Of a stretch of 64,000 nucleotides of DNA, positions 28,585 through 42,467 are shown in pieces. Source of the DNA: Octopus vulgaris (lineage: Eukaryota); contig OX597822.1 of assembly GCA_951406725.2 (NCBI GenBank), positions 74,400,001-74,464,000 on the forward strand. The letters run 5' to 3'. The notes under the pieces were generated by a model. The model saw only the letters and a program-made list of their open reading frames with translations, had not been told where the DNA came from and did no database searches. Every line of letters starts with the position of its first letter. The stretch's first letter is position 1. A program made the position numbers and the translations under genes.

Positions 28585-28758
28585 CCTATCTACATATCTA
28601 CCTACCTACCAATCTATCTATCTACAGTGAGAGAAAGAGAGAGTGAGAGAGAGAAAGAGAAATTGTAACTGTCAATCTTTAATTTTTCTCTCATATATTT
28701 ATATATATATATATGTAAATATATGGAGTTGAACGTAGATTTTATTCAAATTCTTTTA

Positions 28759-28843
28759 CTTTCGACATATGTTTCGAAGACAACATTGGTTTTATTCCAA
28801 AGGAATAACTGTGTAAAATAATGCAGACTTCTCATCAGGAAAG
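28759..28843 (-). ncRNA. Type I hammerhead ribozyme motif with an intact core
   Basis: The minus strand reads CTTTC-CTGATGA-GAAG-(loop containing hairpin TTATTCC/GGAATAA)-CTTC-GAAA-CATATG-TC-GAAAG. This gives stem I CTTTC/GAAAG, stem II GAAG/CTTC, a palindromic stem III and a GUC cleavage triplet. Confidence 0.75.
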
Positions 28844-28954
28844 AAAGAGAACCTATCTCAACAACAAGACATTATAACAATTTTGATGACTGCATAAATG
28901 ATAAACAGAACACTTTTAAGTATTTAAAAAAAACGATAGTGGATCCGATACACT

Positions 28955-28990
<36 letters not shown>

Positions 28991-28991
28991 C

Positions 28992-29047
<56 letters not shown>

Positions 29048-29091
29048 TGTATGTATGTATGTATGTATGTATGTATGTATGTATGTATATT

Positions 29092-29293
29092 TGAGGTAGT
29101 GCTGTAAAGTTCCTGGCTTTAAGGATAACGCGAAAGGCCTGGTTGGGTTCTTTTACGGGTTTTAGAAAAACTGAAGGACCGCTGCATTAAGTTTGTGAAT
29201 CTGAGGGGGGAATCTGTTGAATTAAAATCATAATTAACTGATCCTCTTGTACTTTCTTTTACCCAGAGTCAGGAAGTTTTCAACGCACCCTCG
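29092..29293 (+). mobile_element. Short mariner-derived MITE
   Basis: Imperfect TIRs TGAGGTAGTGCTGTAAAGTTCCTGGCT / AGTCAGGAAGTTTTCAACGCACCCTCG|TA. The interior reads GLEKLKDRCIKFVNLRG, like a mariner C-terminus. Confidence 0.65.
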
Positions 29294-30162
29294 TATGTGT
29301 GTATTTGTGTGTGTGTGTGTGTTCATGCATGTGTGTGTTTGTTATATTCAGTGTGTGTGTGTATGTATACATATTTCATATCCTGTAGGTCGCCCGGCTT
29401 AGCATCATCTGGCAATCATTCTTAGACACCTTTAGCGGAGTTCACTCAATTGTAAGCATTCAGGCCATATCTCCGGTCTGAGAATAACTTCATTCCAGCA
29501 GTCTCAGGGGCCCAGAAAAATATAAGGTCACGTTATCCACGGTAAAGGATGATAGAAGTTGGCACCAGTATCCTTGCAGGTGCTCTCAGATAGGTAACAA
29601 TCAGAATAAACAGTTGTAGCTATTGGGCCGAGGAATAATTCATGAGGGTTTTCTTTTCTTTCATTCAAATTTTAAAATACATGCGAAGATAAAACGCATT
29701 GACAAAATGTTTTCTTCATCTCTTATATCATGACTTTATTGTCAATAGTTTATGTATGTACATACGAATTTAGAGTTTAAAATGTCCAGTCATATGGATG
29801 TTATAGCATAAAATATGGCCATTGGGGTCCAACAGGACGCCATTGACCTAATCTGAAATTATTTTTTTCTGTTCTTTTTTCAGATATTCTGATGAACTAT
29901 AAGTCAATTTTCTTCGTATTTGTTCTGGTATGAATCGATATACCAAATAATTTTGTCTTATTTTATATCTAGTGCTATATGTATAGTTTATAAGACTACA
30001 AAAAATGCTGATTTCTTTCAATAAAGGTTTTTTTTCAGTCAATAAATTATATTTTAATTCCCTTCCATTAAACGATCATAATTACAAATATATACCAATA
30101 AAGTGTTAAATGTCTTGTTCTGTTTCATGCACTCACGCATGTATACAAGATTAAACAAATAT

Positions 30163-30739
30163 TCTTTTCTACTCTAGGCACAAGACCTGAAATATGGGGG
30201 GAAGGGGGCCAGTCTATTAGATCGGCCCCAGTACGCAACTGGTATTCACTTTATCGAAAGGATGAAAGGCAAAATCGATCTCAGCGGAATTTTAGCTCAA
30301 AACGTAAAGACAGACGAAATACCTATTTCTTTACTACCCACAAGGGGCTAAACACAGAGAGGACAAACAAGGACAGACAAACGGATTCAGTCGATTACAT
30401 CGACCCCAGTGCGTAACTGATACTTATTTAATCGATCCGAAAGGATGAAAGGCAAAATCGATCTCAGCGGAATTTGAGCTCAGAACATAAAGACAGACGA
30501 AATACCTATTTCTTTACTACCCACAAGGGGCTAAACACAGAGAGGACAAACAAGGACAGACAAACGGATTCAGTCGATTACATCGACCCCAGTGCGTAAC
30601 TGATACTTATTTAATCGACTCCGAAAGGATGAAAGGCAAAGTCGACCTCGACGGAATTTGAACTCAGAACGTAGCGGTAGACGAAATACCATTGAGCATT
30701 TCGCCCGGCGTACTAACGTTTCTGCCAGCTCGCCGCCTT
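30163..30739 (-). mobile_element. SINE group C with tandemly repeated body (about 3 units of ~182 bp)
   Basis: Repeated GAAAGGATGAAAGGCAAA.TCGA.CTC..CGGAATTTGA.CTCAGAAC units, with head GGCGGCGAGCTGGCAGAAACGTTAG at the right end. Other copies: about 5610-5815(+), 6685-6900(-), 9281-9696(+, dimer), 11130-11285(-), 11850-12045(-), 31833-32218(-), 56770-56980(+). Confidence 0.85.
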
Positions 30740-32216
30740 AGACTAAACAAATACAACTTATGGATAGTGCAGAAATGCGCCAAAAAAGTATAAAAGAGAG
30801 CTTTTGTACCATGGCGTTTTGTATAATTCTAACCCCATCGGCCCACGAAGGGTTAAGTGCTATGTTGAGTATAATCTATTTGGTGTTTCAGTAAGAATCC
30901 TTGGATGACAACAAGCTACTTTTACGACTAGTTGACAACTATTTTTCTTATTTTAGAAAGGCACGGCTATATGCCTCTTTTTTTATTAACAGTTTATTTT
31001 CTTATTATTTCGCCATTTTTTCCTGTCTACCGATTTTTTATTTTTGTTAACTGCATTTTTTGTTTTATTTTATTTTGAATTCTGCTTATCTTTTTATTTT
31101 AATGCATTCGAAGATTGAATGACTGTTTTGATTCAAAGGGGTAAAACAGAGTTACTCTCTTTCTTGTTTGCTACAATCTCTTATTGCTTCTCTTTTAAAG
31201 GAGGCCATATTAAAAATTATTATAAACACTGAAATCCGGAGAACAAGATATTAAATTTAGGTTCCAAAAACAGACTTCGTCTAACTCAGCTGTTGAGATA
31301 ATTTTGCCAGTGTACCAAAGCTTTTTGTTTGTAAATTATATTTAAAAAGGATATAATTTTCATTGATAAAAATTGTAAATAAGCAAGAAATTCTCGGAGA
31401 GCTTTTTAATACATCTACACACAAGGTTTTTTTTTTGGAAGCACTCCGTCGGTTACGACGATGAGGGTTCCGGTTGATCCGAATCAACGGAACAGCCTGC
31501 TCGTGAAATTAACGTGTAAGTGGCTGAGCACTCCACAGATACGTGCACCCTTAACGTAGTTCTCGGGGATATTCAGCGTGACACAGAGAGTGACAAGGCC
31601 GGCCCCTTGAAATACAGGTACAACAGAAACAGGAAGTAAGAGTGAGAGAAAGTTGTGGTGAAAGAGCCTCGTGGAGCTTTTAGGTGTTTTCGCTCAATAA
31701 ACACTCACAACGCCCGGTCTGGGAATCAAAACCGCGATCCTATGACCGCGAGTCCGCTGCCCTAACCACTGGGCTATTGCGCCTCCACACACAACAAGTA
31801 TAACAACAGCAACAGTAACAGCAACAACAATACTTTCTAGAATAGGTACAAGTCCCGAAACTTTATGGGGAATGGACTAGTCGATTACATCGACCCCAGT
31901 GCTCAACTGAGACTTGATTTATCGACTCCAGCAGGATGAAAGGCATAGTCGACCTCGGTGAAAATTGAACTCATAACGTTAAGAGGTACGAGATGCCGCT
32001 AAGCATTTCGTCCGGGGCGGTAACGATTCTGCAAGCTCGCCGCCTTAATAATTATTTCTACTCCAGGCACAAGGCCTTAAAAATTTGCGGGGTAGGGAAC
32101 TGGTACTTACTTTATCGACCCCCACCCCGAAAGGCTGAAAGGCAAAGTGGACCTCAGTGGAATTTGAACTCAGAATTTAAAACCAGACGAAATACCACTA
32201 AGCATTTTGCCCCGCG

Positions 32217-32627
<411 letters not shown>

Positions 32628-33031
32628 AAAATTGATCTCCATATTGCACTGCGAATCTTTTTTCCCAGCATTCCTTGAGGTATGACGACTTCAAAACATA
32701 TGCGAAAAGCTAAGCTGGCAGATGTGGAAACGTTATATTAATAAACCAAAGAATTTTTCAAAGAAAATATATTTTTCTACACTTTTTTTTTTTTCACTCA
32801 CCTCTTTCCATTTCTCAGGTGTGCTCCATGGCGTGTGTGCGTGTATATGTATATGTGCGTATGTGCGTGTGAGTGTATACGTGTATGTGCTTATATGTCT
32901 GCGTAGAAATGTGTGTACATATGTATGCGGTGTATGTTTGTGAAGTTGCAAGGAGTATATTTATGAATATTTACACGTGTATAAATATATATAGATATAT
33001 GTATATCTGTATGTATGCATATATTCATATA

Positions 33032-33102
<71 letters not shown>

Positions 33103-33204
33103 ACGTAGATGGATATATATTTATATATGTAAATGCCACACTCCCTATTCTCAGTACTGTAGTAACGAAAACATAGCACATACACAAAATCAACACTTTG
33201 TACT

Positions 33205-33255
<51 letters not shown>

Positions 33256-34500
33256 GAGAGATCGAGATGTGTATATGTACATTGGTGTGGGTTCGTTTAA
33301 GAAAAACACCCTTTGGTATTTGGTTTAGTCGCCCATATCAACTTTGCCTTTCCAACTGAGGTGCTTTGATAAAATATGTGAATAGCAGACAACGTTATGA
33401 GACCGATGTAATCTTATAAATCCCTTGAAAGCAGTGCTGCAGCATGGCCGCATTGCAATGACCAGAACCAGCAAAAGTGTAAAATAATACACATGGTAGT
33501 AGAATCAAAGTAGATATAAAAACGGAAATCGCATAGACTCTTATATTCAAGCTTATCATAACTTTGTAATAATGTTAATATATTTAGTATATGTTAATGC
33601 TTTTATATTAGATATTGTGTAGGCGCAATGGCCCAGTGGTTAGGGCAGCGGACTCGCGGTCGTAGGATCGCGGTTTCGATTGCCAGGCATTGTGAGTGTT
33701 TATTGAACGAAAACATCTAAAGTTCCACGCGGCTCCGGCAGAGGGCGGTGGCGAACCCTGCTGTACTATTTCACCACAAATTTCTCTCACTCTTTCTTCT
33801 TGTTTCTCTCGTACCTGTATTTCAAAAGGCCAGACTTGTCACATTCTGTGTCACGCTGAATATCTCCGAGAACTACGTCTGTAGAGTGCTCAGCCACTTT
33901 CACCTTAATTTCATGAGCAGGCTGTTCCGTTGACCTGGTATGAGGTGTATGGTGTTATTATAGTAATTGGGAGTAGGGGTTTCGAATCTCCAAATTACTA
34001 TAATACCTTACACTAGACCAATGAAATTATACCTCCTGTTTGTCAAAGGAGATGACGTTTGAACAGGAAAAACTCATAAGGAAGAAGACAGAAAGAAATA
34101 GAAAGAAAAAAGCAGGGGAGATAACCAGCGTTATAACAACCGTCAAAAACACGTAAGCAAGATATGTACTGTTTACAATGTGTCCGGTGGTCTATCTTTA
34201 AATTTCGCCAAGATGTATTTCTTAAAATGCGAGCATAAAGAAAAAATCTCGTTCCTGGAATTTACGCAGTTTGGAGGCTCTTACGTTTTTATGAGTTATA
34301 ATTTTTCGGGAGAGCATATTGGACATCTTTTTGACCCGTTAATATAGGAAAGTAGAAAAAGCTATATATAACAGTGCGCAAATATTTACACGAATTTATT
34401 CATAGCTTTATCTACATCCATAGCAACCTTTAAAAAGGAAAAGACAGATTATTTCACATTCTCGTGAAGTTTATAAATTATTATGACGTAAAAGATTTAA

Positions 34501-34540
<40 letters not shown>

Positions 34541-34710
34541 ATAGGCAGAAAGACAGACAGATACATACATATATGTGTGTGTGTGTGTGTATGTGTGTAT
34601 ATGTATGTATATATATACATGTATATGTTTATATATATATATATATGTGCGTGTGTGTATGTATATATATATATATATATATAGGTATATATATATATAT
34701 ATATATATAA

Positions 34711-34780
<70 letters not shown>

Positions 34781-36061
34781 AGAGAGAGAGAGAGATGGCA
34801 TACTTTCAGTTGAAATACTTTTGATCATAGTTCTGCTCGAACAAAAGTGATCTGGTGTTGAACAACAGCAACAATAAACAAACAAACTAGCAAACAAACA
34901 AACAAGCCACCAAACAAACATGCAATAAAAAAAATAATAATAATAAACAATACAATGAATACCAATCTCTGTTGCCAACACCGATATTCCCAAGCTGTGC
35001 ATGTGTAGATTCAAATGTTGGAAAAACCGCAACAGTAAATAATAAATAATGTTTATTATAATAATAAATGTGTTTGGTCAAAGCAGGTGTAGAGTTTGTA
35101 CATTCCATAAAGCTTTAAAACAACAAAGTGTTTCATTCATGCAATAATAACATTATTTTGAATACCAATACAGTTTTTAATAACATTCAGATTCATGCCA
35201 AATTATGTTCATAGTTTCAGCTTTTGCATACACTTAGAAGGTAGTTCGTACAAAATTTGTTTTCTTTCTGTCACTCTTAAAAAAGAAACGTACGCATCTT
35301 AACATTCTTTATGCACAGAAACTATTAAAGATTTCGAGAAAACGTTACACACTACATCATTAACAACTATCATCATTGGCACTCGAAAGAGTTGAGGCAT
35401 GATGTCCTATTTCTGGAGGAAATCGTTGCATAATTGTCTATATTTAGGATCTAGGAAGTGTACGAAAATGATTGTGTGGCTAAGGGTTAAGAACTATGTT
35501 TTGTAATAACAAGATTCTGGTTTCAATCTCGCTGTGCAGTACCTCGGTCATGATGTGTCTGGAAGTATATAACAAAAATATGTAAGAACGTGAAAACGAC
35601 TTTTTAATAAAAAGGGAAGTTTTAAAATAAAATTTATTAAAAGTGAGAAAGATGTAAGAATTCTGTGATGAGACAAAATGTCAAAGAAAATGGTAAAAGA
35701 ACCAGGGAGTTTGATAGTATGTCAGGAAGTGTTAGACATTCTACTAGACTCCACATGTGTATACATTCATATATACATATATATAGACAGTCATACATAC
35801 ATATATATATATAGAGAGAGAGGGTTATGAGAGATAATGGTGTCAATAAGACCCAAAGGTGTTAGGTAATGCTGAGTAAGTGCTATGGACAGACCATAAT
35901 TAAGCTCCAGGTTCGGTGATTATGCGAATAAGGAGTCCAACGTAGGTCATATATCAGCATGTGTATATATAATTCTGTTTTTTTTTTCAGAATGAGATAA
36001 AAAAAACCAAGGCTGTGTAGATCTTAAAACATCTTCCTCTATATACATATATCATGTAGCT

Positions 36062-36362
36062 CATGGGTTCTCGAACCGGGGTCCATTTGACCCTGGAGAT
36101 CCATATAAAATCGTTTGCGGTCCATGTAGGCAAAATAATAAATTTGGTACTCACAGTAGTATTTTAAGTATCCCTGAAAACATTTTGTTTTAGATTTGTT
36201 TATTGCAAAAAAACAGCAAGAGAATGAGTGGAAAACAAAATAGGGATTTGGGAAAGAACTACCTATAAAACTTGTTTTTATGCATTGAATGGCTACGGGG
36301 CTCCACCAGAGTAAAGCAGTAATGAAAGCGGTCCACAGGCAAAAAATGGCGGAGAGCCACTG
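36062..36362. mobile_element. hAT (Charlie-like) MITE
   Basis: Ends CATGGGTTCTCGAACC / GGCGGAGAGCCACTG, flanked by ATGTAGCT / ATTTAGAT (degenerate 8-bp TSD), with internal GGTCCA repeats. Confidence 0.55.
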
Positions 36363-36815
36363 ATTTAGATGACTAGTGGTCTCCCTTACTTAAGACGATA
36401 GGGAGCGATTTGGTTAGTGTTACTTACAGGTTAAGCAACTACGTAGAGCCGTATTTGTTGGTTCATCGTTGTTCTTGTTGCTAAGAAGCCTTTGGTCAGG
36501 TCTGGTTAGCCATTCCTATGTGAAGAAAGCAGTCATCAGTAGGTTTGTAAATAAACTTGTCTATGGTTAGCATGGACATTTTCTGTTTGAGATACAACGA
36601 TAGTAAAGACTGAGAACGTGCTGGATAAATGCTTTGGTTTGTTTCATAATGAAATGCTAGGAACCTTCTCTTCACTCACTGTAACTATATATTTCAAATA
36701 TTTCAAGAGAAGATAACTCTTTTTAAATATCAAACTACCGAAAATAAAAAAAAATAAGTTAATTACATTAAAAAAAGTAGAATAGATTCAAAGGCTAAGA
36801 GAGAGAGAAGACGAG

Positions 36816-37010
36816 GAGAAGAAGAAGAAGAAGAAGAAGAAGAAGAAGAAGAAGAAGAAGAAGAAGAAGAAGAAGAAGAAGAGTAGAAGAAGAACAAGAA
36901 GAACAAGAAGAAGAAAATGAAGAAGAAGAAGAAAATGAAGAAGAAGAAATGAAGAAGAAGATGATGATGATGAAGATGAAGAAGAAGAAGAAGAAGAAGA
37001 AGAAGAAGAA

Positions 37011-37054
<44 letters not shown>

Positions 37055-37080
37055 ACAATAACAACAACAACAACGACAGC
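36816..37080. repeat. (GAA)n/(AAC)n microsatellite
   Basis: Read directly. Confidence 0.95.
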
Positions 37081-37399
37081 ATCAACAAGAATAATAAGAA
37101 CAATAACCTCTACAAGAACAAGAACAAGAGAAATGTAACCGATGCCAAGATGAGGAAAATACCATAAAATATATTATACTGTGTGAAAAGGAATTAGCTG
37201 GCAGATTTCCACGGAGCAGAATGGCATAAGAATATTACGATGGAGATAATGATTTCCACATATGTTCACTTTCTGATCGAATCAGACAGCTTGTCTGCTA
37301 TAAATTCCAGTTTAACCAGCTCTGGCACCAGAACAAGCTTTTCTACCGATTTGCTAAACCGTTTAGTGAGATCATCAGGATTTTTTGGAAAGGAGAAGC

Positions 37400-38160
37400 A
37401 AGCGACTGATTCTCATTCATTAATTCGTTAATCCTTATGTATGAGAAGATTGTCCTGGATTTTACTTTAAACTGCATCCAGTAGCTGCGCCCTAGTTCGG
37501 GAGTTACCGGGTTTTGATGAGGGTGGGACCACTCTTTAGCCACTCTTGTTCCCAAGTGTACTGTGACCCGAAGTAGTAGTCTCTGTCAGGTCCCGATTAT
37601 AGGTTAATTAGCAGATCACGGTATTGATTCCGGAAGAAGGTTGCTCGCAGACACCCCCTCGAGCCATGGGTAGATGAGGCTCTCGGCCTCTCAAGTTCCT
37701 TAGCTGCTCATCTAAGAGAAGGTAACTCCATACAAAACATGCGTCCTAATAACTGCTGGGTTTGTGGCACTTGTTGCACCAGAACAATGCAAGTTTGAAG
37801 GACAAAACAATGGGGTTGGCACGGCAAAAACCTTACCCACTAAAATAATAAACCCCTGCTGTCTCATGGGCGTAATTCATTGAGCATTAAAAAAATAGTT
37901 AAGGGAGGAAACCCCTACAAAAGAACCTGGAAGCAAGACAGCTACGTACAGTAATACTTAACCAATATCTAGTATCCGCTGCGACTCCGTGGATGCTGCG
38001 AACGTATTGAGCTTTCTTTCCTTCGTGGTATAGCCATAAATGGAGGAGTGGTAAGTCTACTTGGCGCCAGAGAGTTGCTTCTAGAAACAGCCTAGGCACG
38101 GTAGAGGTGGTTAAGTTACTGCCTCAGTAATACCATCGACCAACGACGAAAAAGGCCAAC
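37400..38160 (+). mobile_element. Possible decayed LINE (RTE-like) 5' region
   Basis: GC-richer stretch with motifs such as TCTAAGAGAAGGTAACTCC and GGGGTTGGCACGGCAAAAACCTTACCC that recall RTE 5' UTRs. No ORF is recognisable. Confidence 0.3.
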
Positions 38161-38828
38161 CATGAGAAGATTCGATCTCTGCACTACGTCTCCCTTTTGT
38201 TCTCACAACATAGTATCCCCCTCTCTCTCGCTCTCTCTGTCTCTGTCTCTCTCTCTATCCTTCTATCTATCTCTCAGCAAACCCCGCTCACTTACTCCGT
38301 CTCCCTACCTATCTCTCTTTACTTCTTGCTTTCTCTCTTCCTGTGTCCTCAGTCGCTAATTTTTCTCATACGCAGTCTCTAAGGACTTACCTTCCCTGAT
38401 CACGACCCGTTTCCTGTGTTTCCTTGCTGGCGGTTCAGTCACGATGTAGGAAATTGATAATGCAGGTCTGCCAACCTTACGCCGCCTCCTCCTCCTCGTC
38501 CTCTTTTCTGCACCGGGCTTAGAGCCTGCTGTGTCGGATTTACATTAACTGGAGATTAACGTAATTTTGACGATTCCTGGGCAATTTCAACGATTCATTT
38601 TAATTCATCAATGGAGAACTGTTCTCTTTCTAGAACAACGTAGAAAGTGTACATATGATTAATTTTTAAATACTCGCTTTACAACCATGTAGCTTCGGGT
38701 TCAATCCCAATGCGTAGCATATTTGGCAACTGTCTTCTACTTTAGCTCCCGGCTAAACAGTGCTTTGAGAGTGAATTTAGTAGACGGAAACTATGTGGAA
38801 ACCCGTCGTATGTGTGTGTGTGTGTGCA

Positions 38829-38860
<32 letters not shown>

Positions 38861-39452
38861 CGTGTGTGCATGTGCGTGTGTGCGTAAGTGTGTGTGTGTG
38901 GGTTTGTGTATGCGCATATATGTGTGAGTGTGTATGTATATGTGTGTGTGTGTGTATGTGTATACGTGTGCGTGTGAGTGTGTGTATGTGTGTATGTGTG
39001 TATGCGTGTGTGTATGTGTGTGTGTGCGCGTGTGTGTGTGCATGCCTTTGTGTTAGTTTCTCCCCCACCCGCTTGACTACCAGTATTGGTTTGTAACTTA
39101 GCGGGTCGGCAAACGGAACAGATAGGATAAGTCCTAAACATAAAAATAAATACGGCGTTGATTTGTTTGATCAAACATTCCAAGGTGGTGCTGCAGCACC
39201 GCCAAAATCCAAAGACTGAAGCCAGCAAAACATAACAGATATATACTTGATGAAAACCCACGTTAATGTATAAATGTATCAAATAAACGTTGACCTGATG
39301 TTAGCAAATCTTTTTTCAAGATATATCTTTATTTTTATTTTTATCTTTTTATATTTTTATTTTTATTTTTATTCTCTTATTTCCCTTTATACTTCCTATA
39401 TCTCTCCCATTCAAAAATAACTTCTTATATTGAACTCTACTATTTCCATATC

Positions 39453-39500
39453 GTCGCCGATGGAGGAATATGCGTCATATCCCTGAAACAGCTGTAAGAC
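39453..39500 (+). ncRNA. Degenerate minimal hammerhead motif
   Basis: GTCG-CCGATGG-AGGAATATG-CGT-CATATCCCT-GAAA-CAGCTG-TA-AGAC has two substitutions in the CTGATGA box, but its stems are retained. Confidence 0.55.
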
Positions 39501-39632
39501 TACCTTTCTCTTCATAAATGTCCTAGAAATTTCGGCACTGCCTTAGCTGTGTAGTCTCATGTAACCACATGCAGATCGTTGCCGATTTTTTCCCTCCGTC
39601 TTCCTTTTCTCTTGGACTTTCCTCCGTCTCCT

Positions 39633-39667
39633 GTTTCTGACGAAGAGCTTTGCTCGAAACGTAAAAC
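39633..39667 (+). ncRNA. Minimal type I hammerhead motif
   Basis: GTTT-CTGACGA-A-GAGC-TTT-GCTC-GAAA-CG-TA-AAAC has paired stems I and II and a minimal palindromic stem III (ACGT). Confidence 0.65.
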
Positions 39668-39774
39668 TACTTTTCTTTCCTTCCCTGAACGTCTGTTAAT
39701 TCTTTGCATGAACCACACCCTCACGTTGTTGGTTTCTTTTTGTGCTTGTTCTTCGTTATTTTGGGGGGACTTAC

Positions 39775-39810
<36 letters not shown>

Positions 39811-40480
39811 TGTATGTATGTATGTATGTATGTATGTATGTATGTATGTGTGTATGTATGTATGTATGTATGTATGTATGTATGTATGTATGTGTGTGAC
39901 TGTGTGTGTGTGTGTGTGTGTGTTTGCGATTGTGTTTGTCTCCACCACTACCGCTTGAAAACTGGATTGGTTTGTTTGCGTCCCCATCCACAACTTAGCT
40001 GTTCAGCAAAAGAGGCCGATAGAATAAGTACCAGGCTTTAAAGAAAAGAGTTCTGGGGTTGATCCATTCGACTAAAAATCAAGGTGGTGCCCCAGCATGG
40101 CCGCAGTTTAATGACTGAAACAAGTAAAAGATAAAAGCTAAGAAAGATATAACATCTTCATTTGATACAGCGAAAGAATCCTTGTCATCTTCTGAAGAAT
40201 TTTTTGGAATTCATTCAAAAACCAAACCTAAACCTGCTTAGTGTAAAAAATTGTGTTACTGGATCATTTCTATAACGAAGCTTCTGTTCTATTCTCCTTT
40301 TACTTGTTTCGGTCATCGGACTGCAACCATGCTGGAGCACCAGCCTGAAGGCTTTAGTCGTTCAAAACGATACCAGTACTTTATTTAAAAAAAAAAAAAA
40401 AAAAGCTTGGTACTTATTCTATCGGTCCATTTTACTGAAGCTCTAGCTTAAGACGGTGTAAACAGACCAAAACATACACA

Positions 40481-40606
<126 letters not shown>

Positions 40607-40758
40607 TGCGTGGGTGCGTAGTAAGAAGCTTGCTTTGCAACCACGTGGTTCCGGGTTTAGTCCCACTGCGTGGCACCTTGATCAAGTGTTTTCTACTATA
40701 GCCCCAGGCCGACCAAAGCCTTGTGAATGAATTTGGTGGTCGGAAACGGTAAGAAGCC

Positions 40759-40893
<135 letters not shown>

Positions 40894-41573
40894 CATATAT
40901 ATATATACATATATATACATATATATATACATATATATACATATACATATACATATATATATATACGATATAGTGCATATTTTTTTTGCACGTTAGACCA
41001 CTGGAAATGTAAATTTTGATTGAATATTTCAATTTTAATTAAATTCCATTTCCCTTTGATATGCATTATAAGTTTTGGGATAATTTTCGGTTAAAGTTGG
41101 CGGTTTTTATTGTAGCCAACGATCGGACTGCGATTGCGCAGAAAAATTTGAAAAGTTAGTTCGTATAAACACGAGACAAGTAGCGGTGTTTGTCTCCTGT
41201 TGTATATGTTTAACCCCAGATTGGACCTCGCCGAAGAAGATCAGACCTTGCGAGTTCCCCCTGACTTGCTAAAAGAAGATCAGAAACCAATTTGGTCCGG
41301 GTTACTAGATGGTAAATGGTTTTCATTTCCAAATTTATTCCTGTCGAATTTTATCCGTTATTTTTGTGGTTTACAGAACCTAGTTGTTCTCTCTAATGTG
41401 TTGAATTCCACGCTAAGTGGATTCCTTATGTGTATAAATATGCACTATATCGTATTACTAATATATAGTCTTCTTGACTAATTTTTTTTTGCACGTTAGA
41501 CCACTGGAAATGTAAATTTTGATTGAACATTTTAATTTTAATAAAATTCCATTTCCCTTTGATATGATTAAAC

Positions 41574-41624
<51 letters not shown>

Positions 41625-41849
41625 TTTTATACTGCTTATATGAATATCACACCATTTCAAGAATCGAAGTGTTGCAGCAAAATTACAATTTTAAAAGGAT
41701 TTATGCATTCTATGCTTTTCTTTCAACATATATATATATAGTCAATCCAAACATGAACAAGCAAAAAAAACAGAAACGCGAGGACGTGGAATAAGTACAG
41801 TGTTATTGGACGCTCAGGATAAGAAAGAAAAATATATATATATATATAC

Positions 41850-42204
41850 ACAAAATTTAGAGGACTGACCACTAAAAGTGGACAGCTTATATGCTAGATA
41901 TAGACGTCAAAATTGCCATTTTCCACGAAGAATGTGTTCTCGAGAAAAAAACCAGCAAAAAAACAAAGTGTAAAAATAAGCAAGACAAATGAAAATATAC
42001 GAAATAAAAAATGATTACCTATTTCGATTACCTAAAAAACGATTACCTATTTCGTATATTTTCATTTGTCTTGTTTATTTTTACACTTTGGTTTTTTGCT
42101 GAGTTTTTTCTTGAGAACACATTCTTCGTGGAAAATGGCGATTTTGACGTCTATATCTAGCATATAGGCTGTCCACTTTTAGTGGTCAGTCCTCTAAATT
42201 TTGT
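41850..42204. repeat. Long near-perfect inverted repeat
   Basis: Arms 41850-42006 and 42048-42204 (about 157 bp, few mismatches). The spacer holds three GATTACCTA copies. Confidence 0.9.
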
Positions 42205-42373
42205 ATGTAAAAAAATTTTTTAATCTTCGGATGTTTTTAAAATATGCTAGGCCACTGGTTTTAATTGATTAATATCAATTTCTACACTTATTTAATTCAT
42301 ATATATATGGCGGTGCATCAGCATGGCCGCAGCTCTGAGCTGAAACTTTAAATAAATAAATAAAATACATATT

Positions 42374-42406
<33 letters not shown>

Positions 42407-42431
42407 ATGCATGTATGTATGCATGTATGCA

Positions 42432-42467
<36 letters not shown>

